Assembly: GCF_003018235.1 (NCBI RefSeq)
Contig: NZ_CP027437.1
From: Escherichia coli
GTDB lineage: Bacteria; Pseudomonadota; Gammaproteobacteria; Enterobacterales; Enterobacteriaceae
Length of the DNA: 64,000 nucleotides
Strand: one strand, 5' to 3'
Below are positions 33,330-42,515 of this stretch, in pieces. The stretch's first letter is position 1. Each line of letters begins with the position of its first letter. The translations under genes were made by a program, and so were the position numbers. The notes below the pieces were generated by a model that saw nothing but the letters and a program-made list of their open reading frames with translations, was not told the DNA's origin and made no database searches.

Positions 33330-34310
33330 ATGAACGCAATAATATCGCCCGATTATTACTATGTTCTTACCGTTGCTGGTCAGTCTAATGCCATGGCGTA
33401 TGGCGAAGGACTGCCATTACCGGACAGGGAAGATGCGCCTCATCCCAGAATTAAACAATTAGCGAGATTTGCGCATACGCATCCCGGAGGCCCGTCATGT
33501 CACTTTAACGACATTATTCCACTGACTCACTGCCCACACGATGTTCAGGATATGCAGGGTTATCACCATCCTCTGGCAACGAATCATCAAACACAGTACG
33601 GCACCGTTGGCCAGGCACTGCATATTGCACGGAAATTACTGCCCTTTATTCCTGATAACGCAGGGGTTCTCATCGTTCCGTGTTGCCGTGGCGGATCGGC
33701 TTTTACCGCGGGCAGCGAAGGGAAATATTCAGAACGGCACGGAGCCAGCCATGATGCTTGTCGTTGGGGAACGGATACTCCGCTATACCAGGATTTAGTC
33801 AGCAGAACGCGAGCCGCACTGGCAAAAAATCCGCAGAACAAATTCCTCGGCGTATGCTGGATGCAAGGCGAATTTGACTTAATGACCAGTGACTACGCGT
33901 CACACCCTCAACACTTTAATCATATGGTTGAAGCCTTTCGTAGGGAGCTAAAACAATACCATTCTCAGCTTAATAATATTACTGACGCACCGTGGTTTTG
34001 CGGCGATACCACCTGGTACTGGAAAGAAAATTTCCCTCATGCGTATGAAGCTATTTATGGCAATTATCAAAATAATGTTTTAGCCAATATTATTTTCGTC
34101 GACTTCCAGCAACAAGGTGCAAGAGGACTGACGAACGCGCCTGATGAAGATCCAGACGATTTAAGCACGGGATATTACGGTTCAGCGTACCGGTCACCGG
34201 AGAACTGGACGACGGCACTGCGAAGCAGTCATTTCAGCGCGGCAGCCCGTCGGGGGATTATTTCTGACAGGTTTGTAGAAGCAATTTTGCAGTTTTGGCG
34301 CGAAAGGTGA
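33330..34310 (+). CDS. nanS: 9-O-acetyl-N-acetylneuraminate esterase
   Basis: 326 aa from MNAIISPDYYYVLTVAGQSNAMAYG (SGNH-like GQSN motif). Confidence 0.8.
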   Translation: MNAIISPDYYYVLTVAGQSNAMAYGEGLPLPDREDAPHPRIKQLARFAHTHPGGPSCHFNDIIPLTHCPHDVQDMQGYHHPLATNHQTQYGTVGQALHIARKLLPFIPDNAGVLIVPCCRGGSAFTAGSEGKYSERHGASHDACRWGTDTPLYQDLVSRTRAALAKNPQNKFLGVCWMQGEFDLMTSDYASHPQHFNHMVEAFRRELKQYHSQLNNITDAPWFCGDTTWYWKENFPHAYEAIYGNYQNNVLANIIFVDFQQQGARGLTNAPDEDPDDLSTGYYGSAYRSPENWTTALRSSHFSAAARRGIISDRFVEAILQFWRER

Positions 34311-34317
34311 GCGTTCA

Positions 34318-34518
34318 TTAATTTGATTTATTTGCATCCATTAGCGCTTTTAACTGCTCCGGCGTAAACGGTGGTTTGCGTCGGTGCAACATCGCATGGC
34401 AATTAGGGCACACAGGAAGCAAATCATTAACTGGATCCAGCTGGTAATCCTCTTTAATGGCTGAAAGCGGCACCAGGTGATGCACATTAAGCAATTTCAG
34501 AACCGCATGCTCATACAT
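34318..34518 (-). pseudogene. HNH-motif remnant ORF (66 aa), probably the C-terminal fragment of a degraded gene
   Basis: CPNCHAMLH HNH-like motif. Short ORF directly downstream of the 202-aa ORF on the same strand. Confidence 0.4.
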
Positions 34519-34577
34519 ATTTCCCCCTAAGTTTGCTCACTGCCTTTAATTTATGTCACAGGCAATGTAATTCACCT

Positions 34578-34649
34578 GAAGCTCATCTTGAATCTGTCCT
34601 TCTACTTAGTCATTACCCTACTGGCACAACCGACCTCAAGATGAGCTTC
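34578..34649. repeat. Perfect 14-bp inverted repeat GAAGCTCATCTTGA / TCAAGATGAGCTTC separated by 44 bp
   Basis: Direct reading of the sequence. Lies between the 202-aa ORF stop and the HNH remnant. Confidence 0.7.
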
Positions 34650-34655
34650 TTACTT

Positions 34656-35264
34656 TTAACGATGTATCAGAACAATCTTGCGCCGGGAGAATAGCGTTTC
34701 CGCAGACAGCTGGAATTTATATTCCGCGGCCTTCAGCTTTCGCGATTTAAGCATTTTCATCGTGATACCCCTTATTTTCCCTGACTCAACCTGTCTCTTG
34801 ATTTCGCCGGTGCTCAGCATGAGCTGCTTTTGCAAAATCGACAGCAGGCTGACCTGAAACGAACGGGAAATCCTGACGCTAACCTTGACCCATTTGCCGG
34901 GAGAAAGGCTGGCTAACCACTGCTCCTGAATGCGAAAATCAGGCCGACCCGATAGCTCTGCGTTGTTCCGCTTCAGCATCGCGATATCACAGGAAAAATG
35001 TTGAACCGTGGCTGCATCGTTGCTCATCAGCCGGTTATGAAGTTCGCGGTCAATTTTGCTGACGTGCAGGCGCGAAAATAGGGAGATATTCCAGGTGTAA
35101 TCACAGTGTGTGCATTTATAGATACTCCACACGTCCAGCACCTTCTTTTGCGAATTAATCCGAAATGCACCTGATGGCGTGAAGTCCCGTTTAATGTTGC
35201 ATGAAGGGCATCGCTTCGCAATGCGCTGATACCCCACGGGCGTGACGGTCCATGTAACTTTCAT
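34656..35264 (-). CDS. Hypothetical Cys-rich (zinc-finger-like) protein
   Basis: 202-aa ORF with CPSCN...CTHCDYTW motifs. No confident family assignment. Confidence 0.45.
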   Translation of the reverse strand: MKVTWTVTPVGYQRIAKRCPSCNIKRDFTPSGAFRINSQKKVLDVWSIYKCTHCDYTWNISLFSRLHVSKIDRELHNRLMSNDAATVQHFSCDIAMLKRNNAELSGRPDFRIQEQWLASLSPGKWVKVSVRISRSFQVSLLSILQKQLMLSTGEIKRQVESGKIRGITMKMLKSRKLKAAEYKFQLSAETLFSRRKIVLIHR

Positions 35265-35559
35265 AACCTACCTTTTTTAACCCATACAAAACCGGATCCG
35301 TACTGAACGGACCATGGATGTTTATGTATGAAAAATATTTAAGAGATATTTTTCAGAGGGTTAAAAAAAGATTTCCAACTATGCAATCCTGTCGGTGAGC
35401 AAAGAGATATAGCGAGACTATCAAAACGGCAATTATTGGGTATATGAGTTCAATCAATATTCATGATGGTTATGGCTTGTTCTATTGATCTGACACATTA
35501 AACACGGCGCATTAATTTTGTATGTTTTATGAACAACCCAACAACAAAAGGAGCGCGAT

Positions 35560-35811
35560 ATGACACAGCACGAACGGTTTTGTCAGGCCTGCGGAATGCC
35601 GATGTCCGCACCTGATGCGCAGGGGAGTAGCGATAAATACTGTGCATACTGCAGCGATAGCAACGGCAATCTTAAACCCTGGGAAGAGGCGGTATCAGGC
35701 TTGGCCAGCTTCCTTGATTCCTGGCAAAAAGTCGGTCCAGAAGAAGCACAGAAGCGTGCAAAACGTTATCTGACGGCAATGCCTGCCTGGGCTCATAAAG
35801 CGGACGAGTGA
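35560..35811 (+). CDS. Small zinc-ribbon protein (hypothetical)
   Basis: 83-aa ORF with CQACGMP...CAYCSD (CxxC-N-CxxC). Confidence 0.45.
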   Translation: MTQHERFCQACGMPMSAPDAQGSSDKYCAYCSDSNGNLKPWEEAVSGLASFLDSWQKVGPEEAQKRAKRYLTAMPAWAHKADE

Positions 35812-35875
35812 ATAACAAAGTCAGGGTGATTTAGGCAGTCTATCTTCACTCCGCTGATTCCATTAAGGAGAGCCG

Positions 35876-36268
35876 ATGTTTTCTCACATTATGCTTGGAA
35901 CCAACAACCTGCCACGCGCCATTGCATTCTACGATCCGTTGATGGATATGCTGGGGTATCCCCGCGGCGGCAGGAAGAGGAGATCGCATGGTGGGGCGTT
36001 TTCAACGGTAATAACACTACGGCACTGGGTATCAGTAGGCCATTTGATAAACAGGTTGCCACGACCCGAAATGGAGTGATGGTCGCCCTGATTGCGCGTT
36101 CTGCCGAACACATCCAGCAAGTTTCATGTGCTAGCTTTAAATCACGGTGGCACTGACGAGGGAGCACCTGGCCAGCGTCCGCATTACGGCGAAGGGTTCT
36201 ACAGCGCTTACGTCAGAGACACCGATGGCAACAAGCTGGCTTACGTTTATTACACCGCACAATCCTGA
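35876..36268 (+). pseudogene. VOC/glyoxalase-family gene disrupted by frameshifts
   Basis: The N-terminal part MFSHIMLGTNNLPRAIAFYDPLMDMLGYPR is in one frame. The middle (EEEIAWWGVFNGNNTTALGISRPFDKQVATTRNGVMVALIARSAEHIQQV) and C-terminal (HVLALNHGGTDEGAPGQRPHYGEGFYSAYVRDTDGNKLAYVYYTAQS) parts are recovered only by shifting frame. Confidence 0.6.
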
Positions 36269-36512
36269 GAACGATAAAGCGGGGGCCTCAGCGCCCCCAC
36301 CTGAAACTAAACCGATCCCGCAGATGTCAATGAGCGTTGAACGAGTTGATAAATGCCGAGATGTCTGACTGTTTTTACGCCAGAACTCCATGGTGTGACA
36401 ACCATACACATACTCCCTTCTTGACACCTTTAAACCATTTAACCGCATGCCTCTGTCTGCCCTGCAGGGACGGCTGATGCCTGTGTGTTGTCTGGCGGTA
36501 AGGAACAATACT

Positions 36513-36674
36513 ATGTACGCAAAATCCTTTATCGCTCTCGACGGGAATGGTCGTCTGACCGGTGCCCGTACTGCGCAGACCGCCCCTTACGATCGTTATA
36601 CCTGCCACCTCTGCGGTAGCGTGCTGCAATACCATCCTGAATACATCACCGAACGCCCGTGCTTTGAACAGTAA
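36513..36674 (+). CDS. Small hypothetical protein (53 aa)
   Basis: ATG preceded by AGGA. Contains CHLCGS. No family recognised. Confidence 0.3.
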   Translation: MYAKSFIALDGNGRLTGARTAQTAPYDRYTCHLCGSVLQYHPEYITERPCFEQ

Positions 36675-37266
36675 CCAACACACTGACAGAGGGCGGCGAA
36701 AATGCTTTATGCAAATCTTGATGCAAAGGCAGCCAGACGAATTCGTAAGTTACGCTTTTACGTGGCAGATACTCAAAGCAGACTGGCATTGTAGCGACGA
36801 TTGCCACGGTGAACGCTATTGTATGGCATGTAGTACCTGAGACTTCAGCCGCCCAGTAGATATAGCATCATGAAAAAACTGAAATGCTTTCTTGCCAACA
36901 ACTCACTGAGCTAGTATGCCTCCACCGATGTAACAATTAGAGCAAGCGTCAAAGTGCGAAACTGCCCTCACGTAGCTGCAAGTTAACACCAGGAAATCCT
37001 GGTTCAAACACGACCAGCTCTATGTTAGCGGCAAGCAATCGTTGAACTAAACGCATATGCAGCCGGAGATGAAAGTTAGGAAAAAAGCAGAGGCTGATAA
37101 GAATTATGCACGTTGAGCTGGGATCGTAATACCCCACTTAAAATGTACAAGGGGAGTAGTCTAATGATGTTAAATACGAACCTTCAGTATTGTTCATTCA
37201 CCAATTTTCCCATATTCTCTCATCATTAATATTCTCTGCCGAATTTTATAGGGCTAACTCGCTGAA

Positions 37267-37473
37267 ATGAATGACAAAGCTTTAACCTTGAAAGATGTGG
37301 TGGCTTACTTAAAGTTGGCAGAAAAAACAGCGTATAGGTTGACTAGCGAAGGCAAATTGCCGGGATTTAAGGTTGAAGGCTCATGACGCTTCAAACGAGA
37401 GGATTTAGATATGTGGATTGAAGGTCAGAAGACTCAAAGCTACCCGAGTATCACAAAATCCAATCGTGGTTGA
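37267..37473 (+). pseudogene. AlpA/excisionase-type helix-turn-helix regulator gene interrupted by an in-frame TGA
   Basis: MNDKALTLKDVVAYLKLAEKTAYRLTSEGKLPGFKVEGS-stop-RFKREDLDMWIEGQ. The stop at 37384-37386 sits where this family has a conserved Trp (TGG). Confidence 0.6.
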
Positions 37474-37666
37474 TCAAGTGGATAAACATGAAAAGTCGGT
37501 AGCCCTCAAAGGCCACTTGCCACATGCAGTGAAGCAAGCCGTTGTGCAAGCTCTACTGAAAGAAGGTGATATCGCCCGAACGTTGCTCAAGGATCCACAA
37601 GTTATGGCAAGTTATGTTGAGCTGATTTTCGACATGATGAAGCAGAATAAAAATATGAATATCTAA
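37418..37666 (+). CDS. Hypothetical small ORF (TTG start), overlapping the HTH remnant out of frame
   Basis: 82-aa ORF from the track. Non-ATG start and no recognisable motifs. Confidence 0.25.
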   Translation: MKVRRLKATRVSQNPIVVDQVDKHEKSVALKGHLPHAVKQAVVQALLKEGDIARTLLKDPQVMASYVELIFDMMKQNKNMNI

Positions 37667-37708
37667 AAGATTTTGGGCTATCTATTACGTTTTAAAATGA
37701 GATAAATA

Positions 37709-40246
37709 ATGATAAATGACCATGAAGAACTAGAACTTGCTAAAGCTCAGGCAAAAGAAATATGGAAGATCCTTGATTATGTTCGAGGAGCATCACCTAT
37801 ATCTAATTATCGCTCATTAGCGTATTCAATCTTCTTCGTACGCTATCTTCAATCCAATACAGGTCAGCATTTTGAGGCAGAAAGGTTCGACTCTTTTAAT
37901 GTCATCGCCCAGTATTCCTACGATCTTGTAAACTATGCCGTTCAACTTGGATTGATTCATAGCGACGTATCTAAATTCTTAATTTATTATTTAGAAAACA
38001 CACTCCGTTCATTTGTCAATATTGATGAGTCTTTTGTTCGTTATGCAATTAGAGATGGTCTACTCAATAAAACCCCTGCAATAGCGTCGCTTTCTTTATC
38101 AGAACTGGATTTACTTTTTGCCGAGAATGAAGGTAAGTCAGGAGGTGAGTTTTATACCCCTAGAGACGTCAACTTATTGGTTAAAATATTAGGATTGAGT
38201 TATCAACCAAAGTCAATATGTGACCCATTTGCAGGTGCTGGAAACACAGCATTTCCTTTTGCCAATACTGGTATTGAAAAAGTTAGGATTGATACTCAAG
38301 AAATTAATAGAGATGCTTACTTTAAACTAGTAATAAGTAGAGTCATCAGGAAAATAGAAGGTCGAGACTATTTCGGCGATTCCCTATCACAACCATTATA
38401 TCAAGAAAATAAATATGATCTGATAGTTTCTTTCCCACCTTTTGGCATGAAAATTCCTAAAGCCACTCGAAATAATATTTACTATAAAACAAGTAATAAG
38501 TGGCTGGATATTACTGAAATCTTGCCAGAAAGTAGAAGTGATTGGTTTATAACATTATCAATGCTTCCAGCCCTTTCTGAGGGGGGTAAGATACTAGTAG
38601 GTATGTCACTTGGGGCTTTGACAAGAGCAGGCTCTGAGGCAAAGGTTCGTGAGTATTTAGTCTCTCGCGGAATTATCGAACAAGTAATTCTTTTACCTAA
38701 AAATATTTATTACTCTACGGCTATCTCAACTGTACTTCTTGTCCTCAACTCAGGAACAAGTAACATAAATAACAGAAGTATTAAATTTGTAGATGCTTCA
38801 CTGTTTTACGAGCCTGCCCGTGGTCGAAACACCCTCACAACAAAAAATATAAATGAGATCGTAGAGGCTTGTCATAAAGATGGCCGATTTAGTATTAGTT
38901 CATCTCATACCCAAATAGCAAACAGAGACTTTAATTTAGATCCGTCTCTTTATGTACGTAAAGATCTCAAAATCAGTGAGGTTTCTTTAAAAAATTTTAG
39001 AGGATACTCTGACTTTAAAGTTTCGATACATCCTTCTTTAAATGTATTGGTTGGTGAGAACGGCGTCGGGAAAACTTCGATATTAGAAGCATTAGCATGT
39101 GGCCTTGGTCCTTTCCTTACTGCTATGCCTGATGCTAAAGGAAAACTGATAAAAAAATCAGATATCCATATAAGTTCAAAAGGAATCGCAAATTATGCTC
39201 GAATATCGATTGAAACAACATCAAGTTTAAGTTGGGATCTTGTGGCAAAGGGGGTTGATGTTTCCGAGCCCCCTAAGATAGGAACATCAGCATTAACTAG
39301 CTACGCTACTCATCTTGTAGATAGTCAGTCTGAATATCCACTCATTGCTTATTATGGGACTAACCGTGCTCTTACTTCTACCAGTTCTAAAGTTGCAATA
39401 AATCCATTCGAGAAAGAAAATCGTGGGGAAGGTTATGACTTTGCTTTAGATGCTAAAGTTAACTACGGCATCTTAAAGAACTGGTTTTCAAAAATAGAGG
39501 TTGATGAGCTTCGAAAACGTGATGAACTAAAAGACCATAAATTCATTCATCCGGCTAAGAGACTTGTTTCAGAGGCTGTTTACCAGATTGTTGATCGAGC
39601 TACATGCTTGGAGTTCGACAAAAATAGTAACGATGTTATGGTTCATTGGAAAAATGAGCAGGGAGAGTGCGTAAAGCTTACATTGGAACAACTAAGTGAA
39701 GGGTATAGAAATATGGTATCCCTGACCATTGACCTAGTGAGGCGTGCTTATTTACTTAATCCTACCAAACCGAAACCGCTAACAGTTAATGGGATCGTTT
39801 TAATTGATGAAATTGAACTTCACTTGCACCCTAGATGGCAGCAAAAGATTTTAAATGATCTTACTAAGCTGTTTAAGAATATTCAGTTTATTGTCACGAC
39901 ACATAGTCCTCAAGTCTTAACAACAATCAAAGCCGATTGTATCCGTATTGTTTCCGTCAATGCTAACGAAGCAAAATTAGTGACAGGAACTACTACTTAC
40001 GGTTCTGAAAGCTCAAGAATGTTGGAAGATGTTTTAGGTGGTAACAATCGCGCCCAACATCTTGATATTGTTAAAAAACTAAACCGTTATACAGAGTTAG
40101 TAGAGGCCGACAAATGGGATACCGATGAGGCATTAGAACTCAAAAAAGAGTTATATAAATGGGGTGGTCAGACAGAAGACGAGCTTCAAAAATTAGAAAC
40201 TGATATTCGAATTCGCGAGTTCGAGCGTGGCAATGAAAAAGATTAA
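37709..40246 (+). CDS. Fusion protein: N-terminal HsdM-like N6-adenine DNA methyltransferase domain plus C-terminal ABC/AAA_21-type ATPase domain (PtuA-like)
   Basis: 845-aa ORF. Methyltransferase motifs GGEFYTPRDV, ICDPFAGAGNTAF (motif I) and DLIVSFPPFG (motif IV region). ATPase motifs: Walker A VLVGENGVGKTS, signature-like LSEGYRNMVSL, Walker B VLIDEIELHLHP, H-loop FIVTTHSP. Confidence 0.75.
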   Translation: MINDHEELELAKAQAKEIWKILDYVRGASPISNYRSLAYSIFFVRYLQSNTGQHFEAERFDSFNVIAQYSYDLVNYAVQLGLIHSDVSKFLIYYLENTLRSFVNIDESFVRYAIRDGLLNKTPAIASLSLSELDLLFAENEGKSGGEFYTPRDVNLLVKILGLSYQPKSICDPFAGAGNTAFPFANTGIEKVRIDTQEINRDAYFKLVISRVIRKIEGRDYFGDSLSQPLYQENKYDLIVSFPPFGMKIPKATRNNIYYKTSNKWLDITEILPESRSDWFITLSMLPALSEGGKILVGMSLGALTRAGSEAKVREYLVSRGIIEQVILLPKNIYYSTAISTVLLVLNSGTSNINNRSIKFVDASLFYEPARGRNTLTTKNINEIVEACHKDGRFSISSSHTQIANRDFNLDPSLYVRKDLKISEVSLKNFRGYSDFKVSIHPSLNVLVGENGVGKTSILEALACGLGPFLTAMPDAKGKLIKKSDIHISSKGIANYARISIETTSSLSWDLVAKGVDVSEPPKIGTSALTSYATHLVDSQSEYPLIAYYGTNRALTSTSSKVAINPFEKENRGEGYDFALDAKVNYGILKNWFSKIEVDELRKRDELKDHKFIHPAKRLVSEAVYQIVDRATCLEFDKNSNDVMVHWKNEQGECVKLTLEQLSEGYRNMVSLTIDLVRRAYLLNPTKPKPLTVNGIVLIDEIELHLHPRWQQKILNDLTKLFKNIQFIVTTHSPQVLTTIKADCIRIVSVNANEAKLVTGTTTYGSESSRMLEDVLGGNNRAQHLDIVKKLNRYTELVEADKWDTDEALELKKELYKWGGQTEDELQKLETDIRIREFERGNEKD

Positions 40247-41021
40247 TAAGCTAGATGAGCCAAATCGGCTTGGTGTGTTCAAGGCTACTCATCCTAATGC
40301 TTTGTGGGAGAGGGATAAAAACTCAATTGAAGAGGCTTTCCGTTGTTGCATTGCCAGATATCAAGAAACTCTACAACAATTACGTACGGACCAAGGTAAT
40401 TTATGTGCATATTGTGAACAGGATTTAATGTCTGGAACTAATGGGGCATTAGATGACTGCCGTATTGAGCATTTTCATCCGAAATCTAAACGTGAACAGG
40501 GAGAACCTAATTGGGCTTTGGAATGGAGCAATTTGTTAGTTGTTTGCTGTGGCGGAAATCAAAGTAAAGTTGTTAATCCTGGGCAAAGATTTGATGCTGA
40601 TCCCAAAAATTACTCTTGCGATGTACCAAAGAGTGACAAAATTTTAGATACCATTATATTAAATCCACTTAATTTACCTGAATTAAATATCTGGAAGTTT
40701 CATCGTTCTTCGGGGCAAATTTCCGTAAATGAAGATTCCTGTTTAGAATTTGGTATAAGTGTTGAAATGGCACACCAAACAATTAAAGAATTGAATTTAA
40801 ATTCCCCTCGATTAATTAGATTTCGAAAGGCTATTCTAAATAATCTCAACATTTTAATAACAGAAAGGCTGAAGAAGGGACAAACGGTAGAGCAAGCTGT
40901 TAGATTTATTGCCATATCACTCTTTAGAAAAAATGGAGCAGGTGATTGGCCCTCTTTTTTTAGTGCAACACGATATTATTTAGGTCAGCAGGCTGAGCTT
41001 GTTTTAGCCCAACCTATTTAA
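40233..41021 (+). CDS. HNH endonuclease (PtuB/TIGR02646-like), translationally coupled to the upstream fusion gene
   Basis: 262 aa from MKKINKLDEP. HNH motifs CAYCE, CRIEHFHPKS, NLLVVCCGGN. Its start overlaps the 3' end of the upstream gene by 14 nt. Confidence 0.7.
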   Translation: MKKINKLDEPNRLGVFKATHPNALWERDKNSIEEAFRCCIARYQETLQQLRTDQGNLCAYCEQDLMSGTNGALDDCRIEHFHPKSKREQGEPNWALEWSNLLVVCCGGNQSKVVNPGQRFDADPKNYSCDVPKSDKILDTIILNPLNLPELNIWKFHRSSGQISVNEDSCLEFGISVEMAHQTIKELNLNSPRLIRFRKAILNNLNILITERLKKGQTVEQAVRFIAISLFRKNGAGDWPSFFSATRYYLGQQAELVLAQPI

Positions 41022-41040
41022 CATACTTTCAACTAGTTAG

Positions 41041-41063
41041 AGAGGCTGCTTTTGGCAGCCTCT
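41041..41063. terminator. Hairpin between convergent genes (AGAGGCTGC-TTTTG-GCAGCCTCT), likely bidirectional terminator
   Basis: Perfect 9-bp stem with a 5-nt loop in the 60-bp gap between the 3' ends of the convergent genes. Confidence 0.55.
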
Positions 41064-41081
41064 TGCAGAGTGCAGAATCGA

Positions 41082-42515
41082 CTACAGGGGCGATGCTAGC
41101 TCAGAGAACCAAGCGTGAACTGATCTGTAAAATGTGCTGATTGACCAAAACTCACTGCATGCAGCAACTAACAGAATGACCACTAAGAGGATCACTACAG
41201 TAGAAGTCATTCTTTCCACACGGCAGTATGATCCCATCGCATCTTTTACAGGTTGTCTAGCCAGTTCCTGATAATCCAGCTCATCCAGAAATCCGTATAA
41301 TTTAGTTCTCCAGGTGGTTCTAACTCTTTCAAGTAATGAAATTGTTTGCCTATTAATATAGACAGACATTCCATAGGAAATAACTATATAAACCGCGATA
41401 GCACAAAAAACCAAAGCGTAAATATTTTGCAAACCAACTGATTTTACTGCATCCAGACTGTAGCGAATAACCAAGACACTAATTACAAGAGCCATATCTT
41501 TCCATAAGGAAGAGGACAAATCTCGGGATTGCTGAATGATCTTTTGTGTATCTTCAGCCAGCGTTTTCCGCAAATCACCCAAGGATTTCATAGTATCTTT
41601 ACCACCAGTCCTGATATGGGCCTTATACATTAACCGTGCAGACTCCAAAGCTGATGAGAGTCGAAGCATCACTCCCTCACAAAAGTTCAGGTCTGAAGGC
41701 CACTCTCTAGCCAGCTCGCTGGACAAAAACGTATGTTTCAGCTCAGTTTCATTCCCCTCTAGAAAAATCCACTTTGCCGCTTCCTGGATAATATCAAAAG
41801 CAGGTAACGCTGCCGTCTCATCGCCGAATGCTATTTTTCTGGGAGGCTTTCCCGCAAGCCCCACCATCATTTCGTCAGCAAAAAAAAGTTCATTTGCAAA
41901 ACATTTCAGCAACTCTCGGCATCCTAGCAATTTCCATATCTTGATTGCTTCATCAGTCTTCTCACTACAAGTTTCAAGTATCCAAGGGGCAATGGCATCT
42001 GGAGGAAGAAAAGTTGTTGAATAACATTTGATGATACTTTTTGTTACTGAAGGCTTAGTGATAGCTGTTGCATCACCAGCACTCACCGGCTGTATCTCCT
42101 TCCATGGATGCACATACCAACTTATTGTCTGAAAGCCTTCAGTAATAAACAGCCCATAAATATGTTTGTACCGACAGAGTTTGCTATCTTGAAGTAAAAA
42201 AGTGCGCCATCCTTCTAAGGTAAAAAGCCTCAGTATCCCCGGAATTTCATTATAAGTGATGGTAATGTAGTGCTTCTGCCCTGGGACCCCCTCTCTCGGA
42301 TGAATAACATCTCTGCTCTCATCGATAAAAACGATCTTGAGATCTTCCGCATGTACATCCACTATTTCTCCCCATAAATCAAGGGATTCACTATCCATTG
42401 TGGCGGAAATAAAAAGCTTATGGATAGACACCTGCTGGTCCTCTGTGATCACAAGGTCAGATAAATGTCGTGAGTGGCATATAGCCTTACCGATTTTTTC
42501 CAATATCGATATCAT
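41082..42515 (-). CDS. Hypothetical protein with two C-terminal transmembrane helices (membrane-anchored), second gene of a two-gene cassette
   Basis: 477-aa ORF. Hydrophobic stretches LVISVLVIRYSL...IYALVFCAIAVYIVISYGMSVYI and TSTVVILLVVILLVAACSEFW. No recognisable catalytic motif. Confidence 0.5.
   Translation of the reverse strand: MISILEKIGKAICHSRHLSDLVITEDQQVSIHKLFISATMDSESLDLWGEIVDVHAEDLKIVFIDESRDVIHPREGVPGQKHYITITYNEIPGILRLFTLEGWRTFLLQDSKLCRYKHIYGLFITEGFQTISWYVHPWKEIQPVSAGDATAITKPSVTKSIIKCYSTTFLPPDAIAPWILETCSEKTDEAIKIWKLLGCRELLKCFANELFFADEMMVGLAGKPPRKIAFGDETAALPAFDIIQEAAKWIFLEGNETELKHTFLSSELAREWPSDLNFCEGVMLRLSSALESARLMYKAHIRTGGKDTMKSLGDLRKTLAEDTQKIIQQSRDLSSSLWKDMALVISVLVIRYSLDAVKSVGLQNIYALVFCAIAVYIVISYGMSVYINRQTISLLERVRTTWRTKLYGFLDELDYQELARQPVKDAMGSYCRVERMTSTVVILLVVILLVAACSEFWSISTFYRSVHAWFSELASPL

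Noticed and set aside
36700-37266. ORF-free gap of about 560 bp upstream of the HTH remnant, considered as a possible sRNA or attachment site
   Set aside because: No clear promoter-terminator pair or repeat of the tRNA 3' end could be identified by eye. Left as unannotated spacer.
34300-37300. Direct repeat of the leuX 3' end marking the distal island boundary
   Set aside because: I searched by eye for tggtgccgaagg-like sequence and found none, so the boundary stays undefined.
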